Notes: generated by a model not told the origin, from the sequence alone. DNA of 64,000 nucleotides from Botryllus schlosseri (GCA_051294905.1 CM119378.1:4156001-4220000), one strand, 5' to 3'; positions 1 to 14,800 are shown, counted from the stretch's first letter. Numbers and translations: made by a program.

Positions 1-488
1 TCAAATTTGTTTTCCATCGTTTTTGAAGACAGCGCAACAATTTCATAAGGTTGGAAGGAAAATTTGAAAAAATTTTTTTTTTGCATTTTTAGGCAAATTC
101 AAAATTTTCAAACTCTACGAAATCCGCGAATATTGGTTGGAATGAATTCAAATTTGGTGTGCGTCGTTTTTTAAGGCAACCTAACGATTTAATCAAGTAA
201 CCTGCAAGATTCAGGAAAAAAGGTTATTTTTGAACCACCCTAATATCCATGGACTTGAGTACTGGTCAGTAACAATGTGCTCTTGCTTTTTTTGAGTATT
301 CGAGTAGTTTCTGCCTATTCGCATGACCTCATCGTACTTTGACAGCCGCTGTACATAATATCCTAATGATTGTCTGTAGAAAAATTCAATTAATGATATT
401 ACCTGACTCTAAAATGAAATTACAAGCAAAACTGACACGTTGCACATGCGAACAGTCATGTTGAATATCTCTCACTCTCTCTCATCAG

Positions 489-3400
489 AGCCGCTGCGCA
501 ATGCTACATTGAGTTGATCGTGAAGGAGGCCGACAACAATGTGAAGCTCATCGTCCTGGACAGGCTTATCGATCTCCGAGACCACCCGACTCAAGAGAAA
601 GTGCTTCAGGTGGGATTGAGCTCTGGTGCGATACGTGTTGTGCAGTTTTTTATGCTTTTGCTACGTACCTGTTCAGGGACTCGTTATGGATATTTTGAGA
701 GCGTTGTCGTCTCCCGATTTGGAAGTTCGCGAAAAGACTTTGAACCTGGCATTGGATCTGATGTCTTCTCGGAACGTCGAAGATTTAGTGAAATTCTTCG
801 AGAAGGAGGTAAGATGTTTGTTGATATATAAAGGTTGTTTTTAAATTAGGCCTTGGTATACAAAGGGTATTTACAATGATTGTAGGGTAGCCCTGGCAAG
901 TGGAATCAACTGGGACGCGTTATTGTTTTTGTCTGGTATAGTTCAAACCTTGTTTTTTGCAATCGTTTCATTGCGAAATTATGTGGTATGTGACTGCAAT
1001 TGTCACTGAATAGTTTCCTATATTGGTTTTATTTTTAATCTAGATTGCGCTTAAACGATAAACTTAGATTATAAGCACTTAACAGGCTTGGAATTAACGG
1101 CATTTCTGGGTTCGTTTCTACATCCTATGTCTCACTTTTAGTCCGCGCATCAGCATTCAAAAGTGTAGGGGTTCATTTTCTAAATTCCAGACTAATTTTC
1201 GCTAACTAGTCAGAATGGGGTCCCGAGGGATTGTCAAAGTTCGTGCTAGAGGCATTAAAGTGGAACATATCCGTGTTATTCGCATGAACTTCGTACAGGA
1301 TACTATGATATGATAGGAAATTACATGGAGTCACACTGCAGTATCCTTGAACTCTAATTAGTGTAGTAAGCAGTTCCGGTATTTAGTTGTATAGCCGTTT
1401 TCTTTTGATCGCGTATGATTTTGTTGTAATCTTACAGATTTCAAAATCGTCAAGCGCCCAGGGTCACGACGACACCGACAAGTACCGCCAACTGCTGGTG
1501 CGGTCCATGCATCAGTGCACCATCAAATTTCCTGACACATCAGCCGTTGTCATCCCGGTGGTAGGCTTCAACGTTAGGTCACGCGTGTGCTGATGTGCGG
1601 CACAACGTTTTAAATTTCTTGTTGTAGTTGATGGAGTTTTTGAGCGATTCTAACGAGCTGGCTGCCACGGACGTGCTGATTTTCGTGCGCGAGGCGATCC
1701 AACGTTACGCAGAGCACAAGCCGCTGATTCTGAATAAGCTGCTGGAAATCTTCTCCTCTGTCAAAAACCTGGAGTAAGAGCTCGGCTTTGTTTAGTTTGC
1801 GCAACAGTATTCAGTTTTTAGACGAAACTAGGCCTAGAATACTTAGCTCTACGCATGTGACTTCGAAACCCCCAAATTAACCCAGACCTAAACCCTAAAT
1901 CTAACATCACTCATCATGACGTCATTCCAATGTGGATGATGTGGAAAGTTTAAATATGTACCTATCACCAAGAAAATGATGCAAAATAAGGAAGGCGATA
2001 TACAATATAACACATAATAAAGATTATTGTTATTATCGAAACTGTGATTCTCCTCAATTACCGTAATTTTCCATGTATAGTCCGCAAAATTTTCAAGATT
2101 TTTTGCCCCAAAATCGGGGGGGTGCGTATTATGCATGGGAACAACACGCTTGAAAAAAATCTCCCTCGATAAAAAACTTGAAATCACACCTTTCTGCATG
2201 TTTGTTTCCAATCGCGCATCACTTTCAGCCGTCGTTCTCAGTGATTCGTATTATCAGTGTAACAGGCTATCAATTAGCAAAAAGCGTGTTGCCAATTAAC
2301 AGGAGTCATCACAGCACGCAATCTCCTGCTGAATTGGTTTGCCGTTTGCACACGAGCGAAATCAGGTCATTCACGCGCGCGCGGCAATCCTTGCTAATTC
2401 ATTGACAGGCCACGTGCGCAAAATATTAAAATATAATCGCTTGCGTAATCAGTCGCACCTCCAACGGGCGTGGTGTGCACGGCATAACCGTTGGCCTGAG
2501 CAATCGCATCTGACCTCCTGCGCAAGATGTCGTGCGCCGGCTTTGCAGGCTTTGGCTGCTATCTACTATCGTATAGAGGCGATACCGTTACTTGTATAAT
2601 GATTAGCAATCGTATATGTAATAGGCCTTGTGCGCAAGACGTCGTGTCGCTGGCCCGAACTATCGCGTCGCCAGCCTCGCAGGCTTTGGCTGCTCTCTAC
2701 TATCGTTTAGAGACAATGCCTTTAATTGCATAATGACTAGCGATGGTTATGTCATGATTGTCATGATTGTTCGACAGTGACATCGCAAAACAGAACACCA
2801 TCGTGTACTAAAACACAGCTATTCATGTACTGCAAATACAGGGTGCGTATTATACATGGGTACAGGCTTTTTCCCAGAATTCGGATGCCATTTTAAGGGT
2901 GCGTATTATACATGGGGGCGTACTATACTTGTAAAATTACGGTATGTAATTCTTTGCGGAAAAAATATGTATGTATTGCCTTTCACTGCTCGACTTGGCT
3001 TATGTATGACAATTAATACTTGATTCGGATTTGAGTATACGAATCATTGTGCGCAGCCCCACCCTTAACCCAACCCCATCTTTGACCCACATGTTCGAGG
3101 GTCACATACTGACCCCCTTTGTTTGCTTCAGGATAATGCGTGGAGTCGTGTGGATTCTCGGCGAGTATTGCGAGGACGTGGAAGGCATCTTGCGTTTCAT
3201 GGACCAGGTGCGGAAATGCGTCGGCGAGCTTCCCATCGTGGAGAACGAGCTGAAACTCGCAGCTGGGGAGGAGCCCGAGGAGAAGCAGGATGATAAACCG
3301 GTCAAGGTAGGTTTTCCTGGGGCTGGCTGTTAATATCTCGTTAAATTTGGATTAAATTTCAAATTTTATTAATTTCTCTGCGAATGTGTTCCGCTATTAT

Positions 3401-6400
3401 AAATGCTTCTCTTTTGTTGTCTTTATTTAATCTGGTGGTGACCTTGCTGAGATTTTAGATGCGATAAAATGTTACGGTATTGCTCAGCCTACAGGGGTTC
3501 ACAAACCACTTGGGGTTTGCAGAGTTGTTGAAGGGTTTCGTGACAGACCATTGTTGAAACTTCAACAATAAACTATAAAACTACATTGTCCTATATTTAT
3601 TAGATCTTTCCTAATCTTTTCGACTGGATTTACCTTGGGATGAAGCGTTGACTTGTTTTGGTCACCATGCAGCTCTAGCTAGTTCCCCACTCCGCCAGTC
3701 TCTATGTCAAAGAGGTGCCATTGACGGTAGTGAGGACCCATTTTTCAGTCATCAACCGCCCAAGTTATCACTCCGAATTTTGTGTAAGTGCAATAGATTT
3801 TAGGGGTCACTAACCACCTAAAAATATTTAGGGGGATCAATCTGAACGTGTAAGAACCCGTGTAACCCAACGGGCGCGATATCTGGTGTTATATTTTCCT
3901 GTAGCAGAATTGGACATTCAGAAAATTTTCAGCTTTACAAGATTAGGTTATAATTCAAATGATAACTACATACAGTACACAGTTTCATCCAAAATACATT
4001 AGGATTACCAAATTTGCAAACAGTTGGAAATTGAATTGAATTCCAAATTAGAAGAAATACCATGTAATGTAAGTTCAGTTCATACCACGTCAGGGTTCAT
4101 TCTCGTAAGCATTAAGACAGCAAATGTCTTCACAGCACGTTTTATAGTGTACAGTTCTAGGTTATCTAGGTTGGATCTGGCCTATAACAGTACACAAGCC
4201 AATACTCTCTACAGAAGGCCAACACCAAGCAGAAAGTCACGGAGATGGGAACCTACGCCACGCAGTCCGCGCTCAGCGTGGCGGTCAAGCCGAAATCGCG
4301 CGACGAGCTCCGGCCCGCCCTGCTCAAGTTTTTCATGGACGGCAACTTCACGCTGTCGTCGTCGCTGGCGACCGCTCTCACCAAGCTCGCTCTTAAGTTC
4401 CGGAAAGTGTGTAACGATCCCAGGAAACAGAACGTGAGTCTTCCCCGAATTTCGGAATCGGCGAGCGCTGGATTGAGCTGTGTGTTTGTTTTATCTCAGA
4501 CGCTGTCAGTAACTCCTGAAAGTGTTTATACTTTTTGGAGTACTCGAATAGGTTATACCAGCTAGCGCAACTTGCTAGACTGGTTGTACTTTAGACTACT
4601 TCCACTTGTACTTGAACAGTTCTTTGGACAAAACAAGTTGCAAGGGTTAGAATTTTGAATTCTCGAAACTAGTTTCGAGATGAGATTTTTTTAAACCGCT
4701 TCTCGATCAGATTTTTTGGCAAACTACCTACTTTTTACAGTCTTGATTTTGAAAAATCGAAAGTAGTTTGTAGATGAGTTTATATCAGTTTTTCAAGTGC
4801 AAACGTCTTAAAAACAACTTGAAATAGCCCCTGTATCGGGGTAACAAAGAGTTGAAGGGGCGATGACTGCTTCCAACTCCACTTGACATTTTTTCAGGTA
4901 AAACTACTTTTTCTTAAAAGTATAGTGTGGTCTTGAAATAAAGTTGGTGCGACTTTTACAGTGAAATTGTCGTAAAAACCGCATGAAATAGATCGTTTAT
5001 ATCTGTAATAAAATTTATATTTGAATATTGCGCACGTCTTGCGATTTCGGAAGCAGTCTCCGATAAACAGCAAAAAGTATGCGGTCGTTCGACCGAATGC
5101 ATTTTGAAACTACGTTAGACTTGTCTTAGAAATTGCTACTTCTGGAATTATAAATGAGTAGAAATTTATGGCGTTACTTTCTACTTAGGTAGCAGCATGG
5201 ACTGCTTTGAAAGCCTCTGTGTTGTGGAGTCGCGGCTAAATTTTAGCAGTTTTGATAATTTCCAAAATTCTTTCCACAGTCCTTCACGGCGCAGTGCATG
5301 TTGATCATGTCTAGCGTTCTGCATTTGGGGAGGTCCGGTCTGCCGTCCACTCCCATCACCGACGATGACGACGCGAGAATTTCCCTGTGTTTGAAGGTAA
5401 GCAAAACTCGTGAACTAATCAAGACTGGTGTTGCGAACATGCCATTTGACTTGCGGGGGGTACTTATCATACCTTTTGTTGTCTGCTTCCGCTCGAAGCA
5501 GTTTTGTAGAATCTCGAATTATGTACAAATTCAGGGCGTTACTTCTATTTAGTGGCAATGCTGATTATTTTGACAACATCTTGTTATCAGAATGGCGGTG
5601 ACCAGCAAGTTTCGTATCCATTAAAGTCACATCCGTTTATAATTGCGATGCCGCAACGCTCTTAGCGCTGTGGTTGATTCGAGCTTTGCCCTACAGGTGT
5701 TGTCCGACTGCCTGCCTCTGATGAACGAGATATTCAGCGAGAAGTGCCGGCAGTCTCTGTCCGGGCTGCTGGACATCCGTTCGTCTGAAGAGAGTCAAAA
5801 GCAGAAGAGCGTGGAGAAGAATCGTTCCGCTCTCAATACCGTACAGGTGAGATGTTGCTGGAAATTGTAAATATATGGATTTTTCTGTGTTGTATAAACT
5901 GAATTTGCGGAGTTGAAATTGTTATTTGTGCACAATATGATGATTTTGTACTCGTGTGCCATCAGTGATTTGTGTTCAAAATAGTGAGTTACAATTAACG
6001 AAAGATAACACAAAAAAACAAGCGATAAAAATGAACCGCTGTGTGTCGGTAAACGAATTATATAATTATGTCAGATGAAGCGCAGACAAGTATTCATCTC
6101 TGTGAACTATCCTTATGGGTTGCGGTATATCGACTCAATACTGAGTAACACGATATTAAAGCACCAATTCTCTTCTTTTGTAGGCCGATGACCCGATCAA
6201 GTTCTTGCAACTTCTTGAAAAGTCCGAGTCCGGCACCATCGAGGACCAGTTCGAATTGAGCCTGAGCGCCGCCGTGGGCATGTCGTCACAGAAAAAAGAA
6301 GCCAAGGACCCCCTGTCGTCCAAGTTGAACAAGGTAGCTGGGAATGCGACGCCCGCGAATCGCGAGATATGCTGATTTACTTGGGTGTTCTTCAGGTCAC

Positions 6401-9314
6401 TCAGCTGACAGGATTCTCTGACCCAGTGTACGCCGAGGCGTACGTCCACATCAACCAATACGATATCGTCCTCGACGTGCTGGTCGTGAACCAGACCACA
6501 GACACCCTGCAGAACTGCACTCTGGAACTCGCCACCTTGGGTGAGTCTACTTGTGAATGTGGTTTGTCGCCAGTGTTATCAGGTCACAGCGAAATGTACT
6601 TGGCTAGGTTACAACGGGATGCACCAGCAGGGAGGTCTGTGGACATAAGCTATGAGCATGTAACATCGTAGCATGCGACATTTGATCATCTTGGTTAAAT
6701 TTCTGGTTTCGTGTAGAATTTGGATTATGTTAGGGTTATATATTTACATGGGTCAATCTCTGGGTTATGAAGTCGCCTGCTCAATAGCGGTGTTCAAAAA
6801 TGACTTTTTTTCTCAAATTGTACTGGCTACTTGATAAAATTGTTAGGTTACCTAATTTAAGCCTACACATCAAATTTGGTTCAATTCCAGCGAGTAGCCG
6901 CTTTGCTACAGGAGAAGAAAATTTCTATTTATTATATAAAAATAAATTTGAAAAAATTTCGGAATTTTCTGTTCACTCCATGAAAGTGTTATTAGGTTGT
7001 CTGCAGAAACGATGTTCACCAAATTTGGTCCAATTCCAAACAGTGGAAGCGGAGTTATTGCCGTCGAAAAATTTGGATTATCAATAAAATAGTATTTACG
7101 GTGACCAACTCATTGAATATTTATTATAAGTGTGCCCACCGTAAATACTATATTATTCACGCGTGCATGCTGGAATATGAATATATTCCTTGTATTTTTA
7201 CAGGCGATCTCAAACTGGTCGAAAAGCCCAGCCCGCTGACGCTCGCTCCGCATGATTTCGCGAACATAAAGGCAAGCGTTAAAGTGAGTGCCTCGCCGCG
7301 TATGATTTTGCCGCGGTATGGTTCTAACGTTGCTCCTTGTGTCCAGGTAACGTCGACGGAGAACGGCATTATCTTTGGAAATATCGTTTACGACGTGTCG
7401 GGCGCGGCCAGCGATAGAAACTGCGTCGTGCTGAATGATATACATATCGACGTGATGGATTATATTACTCCGGGCCACTGCTCGGATACTGACTTTAGGT
7501 GAGCAAAAAATGCTTGCTGGCCTCTTTTGGGGGTCAGAGTTGGACAGCTAGAAATATTTCAGCTTTTCCAAATTAGATTAGAATTATAGCTACACAAAAC
7601 CCCAAATTAAATTTAAAATGCGATCATAAAAGTTTACTAGTTCGCAAAATTTGTAAATTTGTCGCGAACGCGAACCTCTGAAATGTGGAGGTTTGCATAC
7701 CAGGCACGAAAGTTCGCAGTAGCCGTGCCTGTCAGCCGTTTGGATCAAATTTTTTGGCTTTTCAGGAAAATGTGGGCCGACCTGGAATGGGAGAACAAGG
7801 TTTCCGTCAACACGAACATCACAGAATTGAATGATTTTCTTCAGCACATCATATCCGTCACAAACATGAGATGCGTTTCGCCCGAGAAGGTGCCGTATAT
7901 TCGAATTCATTGTAGCCTCATTTACATAAGATGCCGAGTCTATACGAACCCAATGTGCCGGAAACAATACGTTTTGAACTTCAGTTTATTATTATTTTCA
8001 TCACTCGCAAGTATTAAGTAAAAAGTATTCTCTTGCAGACCTAGTTAAGCCTTAAAAACTGAAAACTGTTTGGTAGAATTATTGTTATATCGTAATTACT
8101 GCAGTTGCTGAGTCAAAACAACCTGTAGCAGTAAGAATAGCTAACCAATATAGTGGCCTTAGCCGGAATGGCTTCTGAACTTAGAGATTCCTTCAATCCA
8201 CCGATACTACTCAAAACATGAGGTGTATTTCAAACGTTGGCGGTAGTCTAGCCATTTCGAAAGATTTGATTCCTTTTATACTTGACATTACGATAGAATG
8301 ACGTCAGATCATGTGTTGTGGAATTTATATTATTTCATTTATATTTATTATGATGCCATATTCTTATAATTGATATTATGTCGCGATATGTAGCACAAGG
8401 TATTCGTATGTATTTCTATGTCAGAGAAATGAAGTGATAACCTAAGACCACGTCAAGGTGCCAGAACACCCGGACTACTTCAGTAATGCATGTCGGCCCC
8501 CTGTGTTTTTCCTTCATGCGACAAGGTATCGCTATATGTTTATCATTATTTGCTAACAGGTTCTCGGGGGAGATTGCGGGTTCCTATCGGCAAACCTGTT
8601 CGCAAAGTCAATTTTCGGGGAGTGTGCTCTAGCTAACGTGAGCATCGAGAAACCTGCGGATAAAGGACCAAACTTCCCCGTTCAAGGGACAATACGTATT
8701 CGGGCGAAATGTCAAGTAAGATATCGGTGCTCCAGTGCATTCTCGTAAGCTTCTCAGAATGGTGTGTGTTTGTATACACAAAATTCGGTTCATTTCGGGC
8801 TATACAGTTCTCCAGTGGCATTTACGGGAAAACCAGTAATTAGAATCGAAATTTTGAGCATATAAACATTTCACAAATCCATCAGATTTTTAATTATAAT
8901 TGAGTTACTGAATTCACAAAAACTTGGAAATTGAATTCAATGTCCAATAAGGAAGGAATTCAACAAAAATCGAGTTCATTTCATCTTGAATTGTAATTCT
9001 TTCTCGTAAGCTTACGAGAATGGCAAATGCATGTACATCAGTACATGTACACCAAACTCTGCTAGTTTCACACTGCAGTTCTGCAACATTTTCTGGAAAA
9101 CCTGAATTAAGATAAGAATTAAGAATGTAGCATAGAAACGTTTCGTGAATAAGATTACCAGCATTTCACTCTAATTGATTAGACAACTAGAATTCTCTAG
9201 TCTATGTCTTGCTGTTATCGCGTGTTTGTTTTAACATTGTCCCTTTTTTTCCAGGGCATGGCACTGAGTCTGGGTGATAAAATGAACATGTCGCAAAAGA
9301 GAACTAAAAAATAA
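489..9314 (+). CDS. COPB1: Coatomer subunit beta (beta-COP), 3' 15 exons; 5' part lies upstream of the window
   Basis: GT-AG exons join in frame: 489-609, 677-808, 1438-1560, 1628-1773, 3132-3306, 4215-4433, 5280-5396, 5697-5846, 6184-6333, 6396-6540, 7204-7283, 7347-7498, 7766-7889, 8560-8715, 9255-9314 (TAA). Peptides match beta-[88 protein letters not shown]. First acceptor could be 489 or 491 (CAGAG). Confidence 0.96.
2061..2942. mobile_element. Tc1/mariner-pogo-type MITE in a COPB1 intron
   Basis: TA|CCGTAATTTT...AAAATTACGG|TA termini with TA duplication; repeated GGGTGCGTATTAT(A/G)CATGGG subterminal motifs; internal ~110-bp tandem duplication (about 2515-2740). Confidence 0.8.
4570..5200. 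repeat. AGTA/TACT-rich MITE-like repeat family; related copies at about 20735-21690, 23748-23985 and 25470-25640
   Basis: Shared AAGTAG/CTACTT-rich blocks and AAATTTA(T/C)GG(C/T)..TAC motif among copies; boundaries approximate. Confidence 0.5.
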
Positions 9315-10844
9315 CGCAAGGCCCCCCGGAGTGTGCGATGCAATAGAAACTTTCTAGCTTTGAAAACTGGGTGCGGCACCCGCGCTTCGTCGGTCCACGG
9401 AACTCCTATGCCCAGATTATAACTTTACGAATTAGAGACTATTTCCATATCCTTATCTACGGATTGCTAGTACTGTTTTCGCGAATGGTGTCGGTATCGG
9501 CCCGATCGTACCGGCCGACGGGAGCCTTTTTCACGCGCGCGAACTGGCTTGTGTTTCGATATCAGAGGGAGATTTTGTGCCTCGCGAGACGGGCTGGGCT
9601 AAATCGAAAACCTGAGTATTTTTATTCTGAATCGAGTAATTAGCGTTCGAGTATCACTCATTATGACGTTATAACAGTATGAAAGATGTGGAAAAGTTGG
9701 GATATGTACCTCTTAACGCTACCACAGAGAATAGGATGCAAGTTATAGTACGTGCGTGGCTTTGTACTACATGTTTCGTATGTGGTGATGCGACCAATCG
9801 AAGTGTCAAGGTTTCCACTGTGGAAAATTTATGGAAACTTTAAATTTAGTTGATATATTAACTCTTAGTGGAACGATTGGCGTAATGTCAGTATTCGAAA
9901 GAATCATCTCTTGAATCATTAGGATGAACACTCGATTCATTGCGCCCAGCTTTACCCGTGACTCGCCCAACTCCGCCCTTGAAATTCGAACGACTATGCG
10001 TGACAAATAGCGATTTTAAATGCGCAAATTTCCTCTGCACTGAATCGCTGATGAATCCAAGGACTATGCCGCATCGGAAATTCAATCAAACTAAGGCGAA
10101 TGGTGACTGAAATCTTGAAATGACTGCAAAGTGGAATTATTGTCAGCTTGCGAGAGGCTCTTGTGAATATTTCGATGCGTAAATCGTTTTCCGTTTTTCC
10201 TTCGGTCATCGGTGGCTCTGCGCAGAGCAGACAGGCATCGTGTAAGGTTTTGAGGTTGGTGGAAGTTGTGCATTAGATACGTTTATATGTGAAATACTAT
10301 TGAATACAGAAGTTGAACGCGTCCGCTGCAGGGTATGAAGGGAATTTGGGTTTCTCGCTGGAATACTGTTGCTTGTGCGTGAAAGCAAACTGTAATTTTA
10401 TGTGTATTCGTCCTTTTTTAAAGCTGGTATGCGTTTGTCAGTTTTCGTTCTGCGAATTGGGGATTTGACCGCGTGCTTGTATGTATGTATATCTTTGTGA
10501 ATTATGTGCCAATTGGTATTATAGTAACAATTTTAGGCGGTCAATTTGCGTCTTCTGGCCCACGCGATAACCCTGCGTCTGCTAGCTGAAGCTCGTCAGC
10601 GGCGGTCGTGTGTCGAATGATGCGCGAGGCTGTGAATCTGATATATATTTATCCGTCTTATAGGAAGAATTGTCAGACATCGAAAACTATGAATACTCGT
10701 GATTTTGTAGAGTTGGTTATGAGGCGTTATATAGTCAGCATAGTGTTGAAGGCATGTTGAAGCTCGTGAGAGCGACGACCCTGGTGCAAAGTTTGTTCCA
10801 AAGGCAGACCTGCAGCTACATAAAATTTAATACAGCTTATTAAT

Positions 10845-10960
10845 AACAACGCAAGATTGCGATACAATGAAAAGAAGGGGTGTAGAAACGACTTGGAGTA
10901 GTCTTTGAAATCGGACGCCCGTGTGGGCCTAGGCGTTTTGCAAAAGAGGCATGCACGACT
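10845..10960 (-). mobile_element. 3' tail of a CR1/L2-type LINE (host of the nested insertion)
   Basis: CAAGATTGCGATACAATGAAA...ACTTGGAGTAG...CTAGGCG...AGAGGCATGCAC matches the LINE 3' UTR at 29640-29760. Confidence 0.7.
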
Positions 10961-11887
10961 CAGGGCTTTGGAGCCCCGGAGCCGTGCATTTTCACCGGAG
11001 CTCTACATAAAATTTAGCCGGAGCTGGAGCCCGTTATTTGAGGAGTAGCTCCGGCTCCGACATTATTTCATAAGATGCTATTATATATGCAACAACCACA
11101 TCTGCTGATTTATCATAATTGAACACCAGGCCTGAATTTTAATGCTATGCACACTTGCACAGCAATGGCACGGAGTAAATTGCGTTCTAGTGCAACTATG
11201 ATGTTGTCGACAATTGACAAGTATTCAGTATGAAGTCACAAGCCGGCACGGCGGCACCTATATGTATTTGTTGCTACATCGGATGTTACTGACGACTGAC
11301 GGACTCTAGATTACTATAGATAACTAACCTATTAGTAGATTAGTAATCTATATAGACCAGGAATGGCCAACCTTTTCTGCTAAAGGGGCACATGCAATTG
11401 ACGAACGAGTGCACGGTTCACTAGCCACGCCAAGCGGGTAAAATTTTCTAAGTTGATAAATAAACTAGGTGAGTATTGCGGGTCTATTGTATACCACCCG
11501 CTAGGCTCAGTTTGCAAGGACACGACTATTCGGCGTCTGGACACATCGATATTGAAGGTCTTCGATAATATGCGACAATCATTTTGTGCCTACATTTCAC
11601 CGTCGACGATTTTTATGCGAGCTCAAACGCGGAAAGACTTTCTTCCGTAATTGCGAATAGACTCAATCGGGCAAATTAGGAGTTTTTTCATTTTCAGTAG
11701 GGGGTAGGCTACCAAGCAAGAAATCGTGTGACAATTAACCCTACTCCCGCGGTCGGCCTCCGGGCCAAATTTTAATGCATTAACCAAAAAGTTTATAAAA
11801 TGTGAACAACGGGACTTGAACCGTTTTTGTGATGTTTATTCAAATATGTACATAAAATTTCAAAAATTTCATAAAGAAAATCTTTCC

Positions 11888-14800
11888 CCATCATTGGGTC
11901 ATCTCGTCTCAGCCGTTGCCGAAGTAGTATTTGTATACGCGGTCGTAGTAGACGCCGTCGTAAGTTGGCGCTCGTAGTCGCTCGTCTCATCTCATCTCAT
12001 CGTAGCAGTCGATGTCGATTCGTTGTCGCGGTCGTAGAAGGAGCCGCCAGTACTTGGCGCTCGTTTGCGTGTGGTTTTCATATAACTTCGGTGGAGTGGT
12101 GGTGGGTGGGGTAGGAATAGGGCATGGGGGGTGGTGGATAGGGTAGATTGGGGGAGTAGGTGTTGGTTTAGGGGTGGGGTAGAGTGGGATAAGAGGTTTG
12201 GTGATTTGGATAGGTTGTAGGTGGATTGGTTGCGTTTTGCCGGTCGATAAATGCAACATGATTTATCGCGTGAGCGTTTAAATGGCTCACTTACATTATT
12301 CGGTATATTTTACTTCTTATATCTTGGATGCGTTGGTCAATATTTTGGGCGTATTCATTTTGTATGTCGAGTGCGTTTTTCCATTCCCACACAAGGGTTT
12401 TCACGTTCATAAAAGCTTTTATTATAGTCGGAGCTTGCGGTCCGTCGTAGACGTTGCGTATGATCTCGTCGGGTGTAGCGTCAATAGTCGTTTGCAGGTC
12501 GTTCTCGAGATCCTGTATTACAAGAGAGAACAGTTTTTTGTAAGTTGCGCATTCGGCGAAGGTGTGACGCAGAGTATCTTCGGCGTGTTGGCAGAATTTG
12601 CATTTGTTCTTCAAGTAGGCGTCTTTTCTTCGTACCCAGCCTGCGTTGGTTTTCCTGGAGCCTGTAAAGTAGCTCTCAGTGTTAATTCGATACGAAATCT
12701 CACGTTTCTTGTTGTCAATGTGATCTTTGATATTGGGCTGGTATAGCCATATCTCTTTCCAGTCCGCGATGCGGCTTCCTCCTTGTTGTGTCTTCGTTTT
12801 TACAAGGATTTTGTACATTTCTTTCTGGCTTAGTTCTTGTATATCCTGTGATCGGCTTTTAATTACGTCGAAGATTTCCTTTTCCTTCTTCCATTCCTCC
12901 GTCAATGTATTTCTGTGAGGGTAGAGGTTGTTGTATAAATTGCAATTTATGTCGCTCACCTTCGTTGTGAGATTGTATATCGCTTCTGCATGCCAGATAT
13001 CAATCGGGTTCTCGAGTCGACTAAGTTGTTGTAGTCTTTTTGCTCTCTTTGCTTGTGTTGCAGATTCGATATCTGGCATATCAATCCCTCCTTCTGGCTT
13101 AGGTCTGATCAGTTGCATTCTGCTTTTTTGCTCGAGTTTCTCAGGACTCCACAGTAGGCCGAAGACGAGGCGTTCGAGTTGCTTGAGCTTGTCGCCTGGA
13201 ATTTGCTTGTTAGCATATGTATAAGTTATTTTGCTAATTATGTATGCCTTAATCGCCATTATTTTACCAATCCAAGAAAGTCGTTTTGATTTAATATGCC
13301 TTACGCTTTTCTCGACTCCTTGCCAGAGTCTGTCGAAGTTCATTTGCAGTTCGCTTTCACCGTGGTATAGGCCCAGTATCTTAATTACTGGCTTTAGCAT
13401 ATCTGCGTGCGCAGTTTTTTGCAGTTTGATACGCGATTTTTCGTTCAGCGGTAGGATTTCCGTCTTGTCTGTGTTGATATCTTGACCTGTCACTCTGTGC
13501 AAGCTTTGATATTCGTTAATGACTGTGGCAATAGAGTCAGTTGTTCTTAGATACAGTGTGACGTCATCAGCAAATTGGTCTAATTTATGCTCTATCCCGC
13601 CGATTCGGATACCCTTGATGTTGTCGTTAGTGCATAATTTGTGGGCTAGCGGGTCTGCGCTAATCGCGTATAGCGTCATACTCAAAGGACATCCTTGTCT
13701 AATGCCCCTCGTACAATTTACGTTGGCTGCTTGGAGGCCGTTAACCTCGAGGGTCGCAATAGGATTATCATATATAGCTTTGATCACTTTAAGAGTTTCT
13801 CTCGTGACGGGCAGTTTACCAAGCACTTTGAAGAGCATTTGGTGATTCACCTTATCAAAGGCTTTCCTTGCGTCTATTGTCATTATATAACCTTCCAAAG
13901 GTTTTTCTTGATGATAATTAACAATTGCACTCACATTGTTGTGTATCACGTCCATTTGTCTTCCGGGAATTCCCGCTTTCTGTGTCATGTTGATGTTGCT
14001 CGAGATTTCCTCGACCAGTCTGTTGTTGAGAATTTTCGCCATTATTTTGTAGTCCGTGTTTAACAGCGAAATGGGTCGCCAGTTCGCTAAATCCTTTTTG
14101 TCCTTTCCTTTGTGAATCAAAATAATTTTAGCACGTTTCCAGCTATGCGGTATGTTTCCGTATATTAGCGCGTTGTTTATGATTTCTGTTAATCTCGAAC
14201 CAATGTTTTGCCACATTGCAAGGTAGAATTCCACTGTCAGGCCGTCGAAACCCGGTGACCTTTCCCTGTTCATTGCTTTCAGTATTTGTAATATTTCGCT
14301 AGATTGTATTACCGATGTTTGTTCATTGTCTTTCCCGTGCATGCAGTCGTGTTGGTACGATGATAGATATTCGTCTTGATCGTACGAATTAATGCCGTCG
14401 TGTCGGGTCCACAATTCTGTGTAAAATTGTTCAATCTGGTTAGCAATAATATTACGGTCAGTCGTTACCGTTCCATCTCTGAGCTGAAGTTCTTTAAGCT
14501 CGGTCTTGTGCCGTCTTGTCTTCAATTCTTGCCAAAATTGTCTCGTCGTGTTAGGTTCACCTTCGCAACGGTCAATTTTGGTTAACATGCGCAATTTTCC
14601 CTTTACTCTCTGATACGTTATCTGAGGATCACAAGTTTTATATTTGTCTATCTCATATCTCTTACTTATGTTGGCAATTCTATCTTTTAGTCTGTCCCAC
14701 CATTGTTGAATGCCATGGCAGTGTTGGATATTATTCTCTTCAAAGCTGATGAGATTAGATATTATATCTCGGTACACGTCATCTCGCAAAAGGTCATTAT

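Noticed and set aside
9806..10400. Minus-strand ORFs with EIFTRASRKLTII, faintly like a helicase motif VI
   Set aside because: No other motif, short overlapping frames, no coherent exon chain.
10540..10815. Exon-like GC-rich minus-strand segments as extra ADA 3' exons
   Set aside because: ADA already terminates at 17651 and the translations are unrecognisable.
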